NCBI GenBank assembly: GCA_030141605.1
Contig: JAQGDQ010000441.1
Coordinates: forward strand, 62,001 to 126,000
From: Tubiluchus corallicola
Lineage: Eukaryota; Animalia; Priapulida
Length of the DNA: 64,000 nucleotides
Direction: 5' to 3'
Shown here: positions 61,926-64,000 of the stretch, piece by piece
Layout of the letters: every line of letters begins with the position of its first letter
Position numbering within the stretch: position 1 is the stretch's first letter
Position numbers and translations under genes: made by a program
The notes under the pieces: generated by a model
Told to the model about the DNA's origin: nothing
Databases searched by the model: none
The model's input: only the letters and a program-made list of their open reading frames with translations

Positions 61926-62675
61926 CACTGTTTGGTGTAATTAGTGGAAAAATAGTCTCACGCAGACTAATTTTAGAGTTCAGTGTGATTTTGACTCTGT
62001 ACGAGCAGTTAATTCTCAGCAAGACGAACACCAGCATGATTCTTACCAGAAAGGCAATGATACGCAGTGACCAGGCCCTGAATGAGCAAGGCAAATGGAA
62101 TACAACTCAACTGCACCCCAGTGTTGCAAGAAATCGTAACAAAATACCGAGAAGAGTTCAATGACAAACCTGTTGATGAAGAAACTTCTAGCTCTGAGGT
62201 TGAATCTGTTGAACAAGATTCTGATTGAAAAGCAAAACATTGTTACTGTCATTTGAATTTCATTGAAAATAAACTTCATATTGGAGTGAAAAGGTTCTGC
62301 GAAATTTGTCTGTGTGCAAAATTAGTCTAATGCAGACTAGTGCACGTTGAAAAGTTGGTTTCACAATGTAGTCTGGGATGGACTAATGCACTTTGAAAAG
62401 TTGGTTTCAAAATTTAGTCTGAGATAGACTAATGCACATTGAAAAGTTGGTTTCAAAATTAGTCTCACACAGACTAATGCACATTGAAAAGTTGGTTTTA
62501 AAATTTAGTCTGAGATAGACTAATGCACTTTGAAAAGTTGGGTTTAAAATTTAGTGTCACATAGACTAATCCACGTTGAAAAGTTGGCTTTAAGATTTAG
62601 TCTCGCTCAGGCTAATCCACATTGAAAAGTTGGTTTCAAAATTAATCTCTAGGACATTAACTACACTAAACAGTG
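61926..62675. mobile_element. CAC-terminal (CACTA/CMC-like) non-autonomous element with subterminal hairpin array
   Basis: TIR CACTGTTTGGTGTAATTA / TAACTACACTAAACAGTG; ~46-bp repeats 62318-62650; frameshifted coding remnant 62050-62227. Confidence 0.65.
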
Positions 62676-62982
62676 TGATTGCTTCTTGTTGATTACTATG
62701 TATTTATTTTCACATATTTTCATGAACTATTTGCACGTTCAGTCTACTATATTTGAAACAGTTTTGTTTCTGTTTTAAAATTATAATTACCTATGTGTTT
62801 GCCTAGTCATGTTTTGTGTTGTAATTGCGCATGAATTAAAACCTTAAAAACAGTTGTGCGGCATGCAACTATTACTTTTCTGAAAACATTCTGTTTTTAG
62901 ACTATCAATGGTGGATGTTACCACCTGATGAAAGTATAATTCGTTTGCATTTTATTACTTATAGTGTGATAAGTTCTTGAAT

Positions 62983-63596
62983 CAGTGGCAGCCCGTATAT
63001 AGGCACCCTGAAACTGCAGCACCCCCTACTTTCACTCAGTATAATCGCTAATCAATATAATAAGTCTTTTTTCTTTAGTTCTTTCTTTGTACTTGTATGG
63101 ACCCAGAGCACGTGAGGGTAGTACTGTTTGATTCACAGCCCAGTCCAGTGGTGTGTTTAGCTTTTGTGCGCATGCGGCCATGCGCACATGTGTGAGCCCC
63201 CGGCTAGAGAAAGTACTGTCACTCACACAGTTTGTTGCCAGTTGTCTGCACTCACTGTGAATGGATTAAGCTTCAACGGCGACAATTTAGGCTATTAGTA
63301 AGCAAAAAATATTTTTGTTTAGAACTTTATCAAGTTTAAGTGTAAACTTTCATATGTTTGTTTGTTTAAAATTACAATTACAAATTACAACATTAAAATT
63401 ACACATGTTTGTTTGCTTAAAATTACAATTACAAATTACAACATTAAAATTACACATGTTTGTTTGTTTAAAATTACAATTACAAATTACAACATTAAAA
63501 TTACATATGTTTGTTTTGTTTTACACATTATTAAAAGAAAGGCTAAAAATTTTCTGACTCTGCCCCACCACTAATTTTAGCTACGAGGTGCCACTG
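62983..63596 (-). mobile_element. MITE family B copy with internal 51-bp tandem triplication
   Basis: 8-bp TSD TCTTGAAT; repeat ~63351-63515. Confidence 0.82.
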
Positions 63597-64000
63597 TCTT
63601 GAATTAAAAATTTTCAAAAGTTAGTGGTTTCAGTTTTGAGATTTTCGTAGGTTAAAAGTGCGCCATTAGAAACAAAGTAAAAACATTTATCCTAAACTGT
63701 GTTATATATTCAGTTAATTGCTTCAATTAATTTTTATTTTTCTCTGCAAAATACAACAATTTCTGTAAATTTATAGTAAAAAAATTGTGTAGCGGTGCAG
63801 CAAAGTGACCACACGGTCATCAGGTCAGCTGCTATACAAGATCCCCACAGAAGCGGGTCACTACCATAAATGTTGAGCATATTGCAGGGATGAGATGGAT
63901 ACGCGGAATTCCGAGTTTTTGGAAGACCAGTAGTGCCATTTTTGTAAATCGCGTAAATTCGTTGAGAAAATTTGTACGGACCCAGTACATTATTTCACAA

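Noticed and set aside
62318-62650. CRISPR-like array (also the 45-, 31- and 49-bp arrays)
   Set aside because: No unique spacers of meaningful length, no cas genes, eukaryotic context; these are tandem repeats.

Overview
AT-rich, intron-containing genomic DNA from a bilaterian invertebrate (species not identifiable from the sequence alone). Hand-spliced protein-coding genes: the 3' part of a fatty acyl-CoA reductase (FAR, +, 1-6150, with a GC-AG intron); a complete Ras suppressor protein 1 (RSU1, +, 9 coding exons); a complete NDUFA8 (-, 3 exons); and the 5' part of TBC1D5 (+, 7 coding exons, continues past the window). TBC1D5 lies head-to-head with NDUFA8. An intronless, divergent aminergic-type GPCR is nested antisense in the ~11 kb third coding intron of TBC1D5. 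Introns and spacers are dense with mobile DNA: three 5S rRNA-derived SINEs, tRNA-derived SINEs, many MITE families (hAT-like with 8-bp and 6-bp TSDs, piggyBac-, Kolobok-, Tigger-, CACTA- and Helentron-like), LINE fragments, solo LTRs and several minisatellites. Most notable observations: (1) a twister-ribozyme fold whose predicted cleavage site coincides with the TSD-defined 5' end of a ~505-bp internally deleted RTE element; (2) solo LTRs with arrays of heat-shock elements ahead of a TATA box; (3) a fragmented env-like ORF; (4) a 5S-SINE body with duplicated hairpin modules; (5) an Ac-like MITE with 6-bp TSDs, one copy of which is flanked by a 54-bp duplication. All family assignments are from motif recognition, not database searches.
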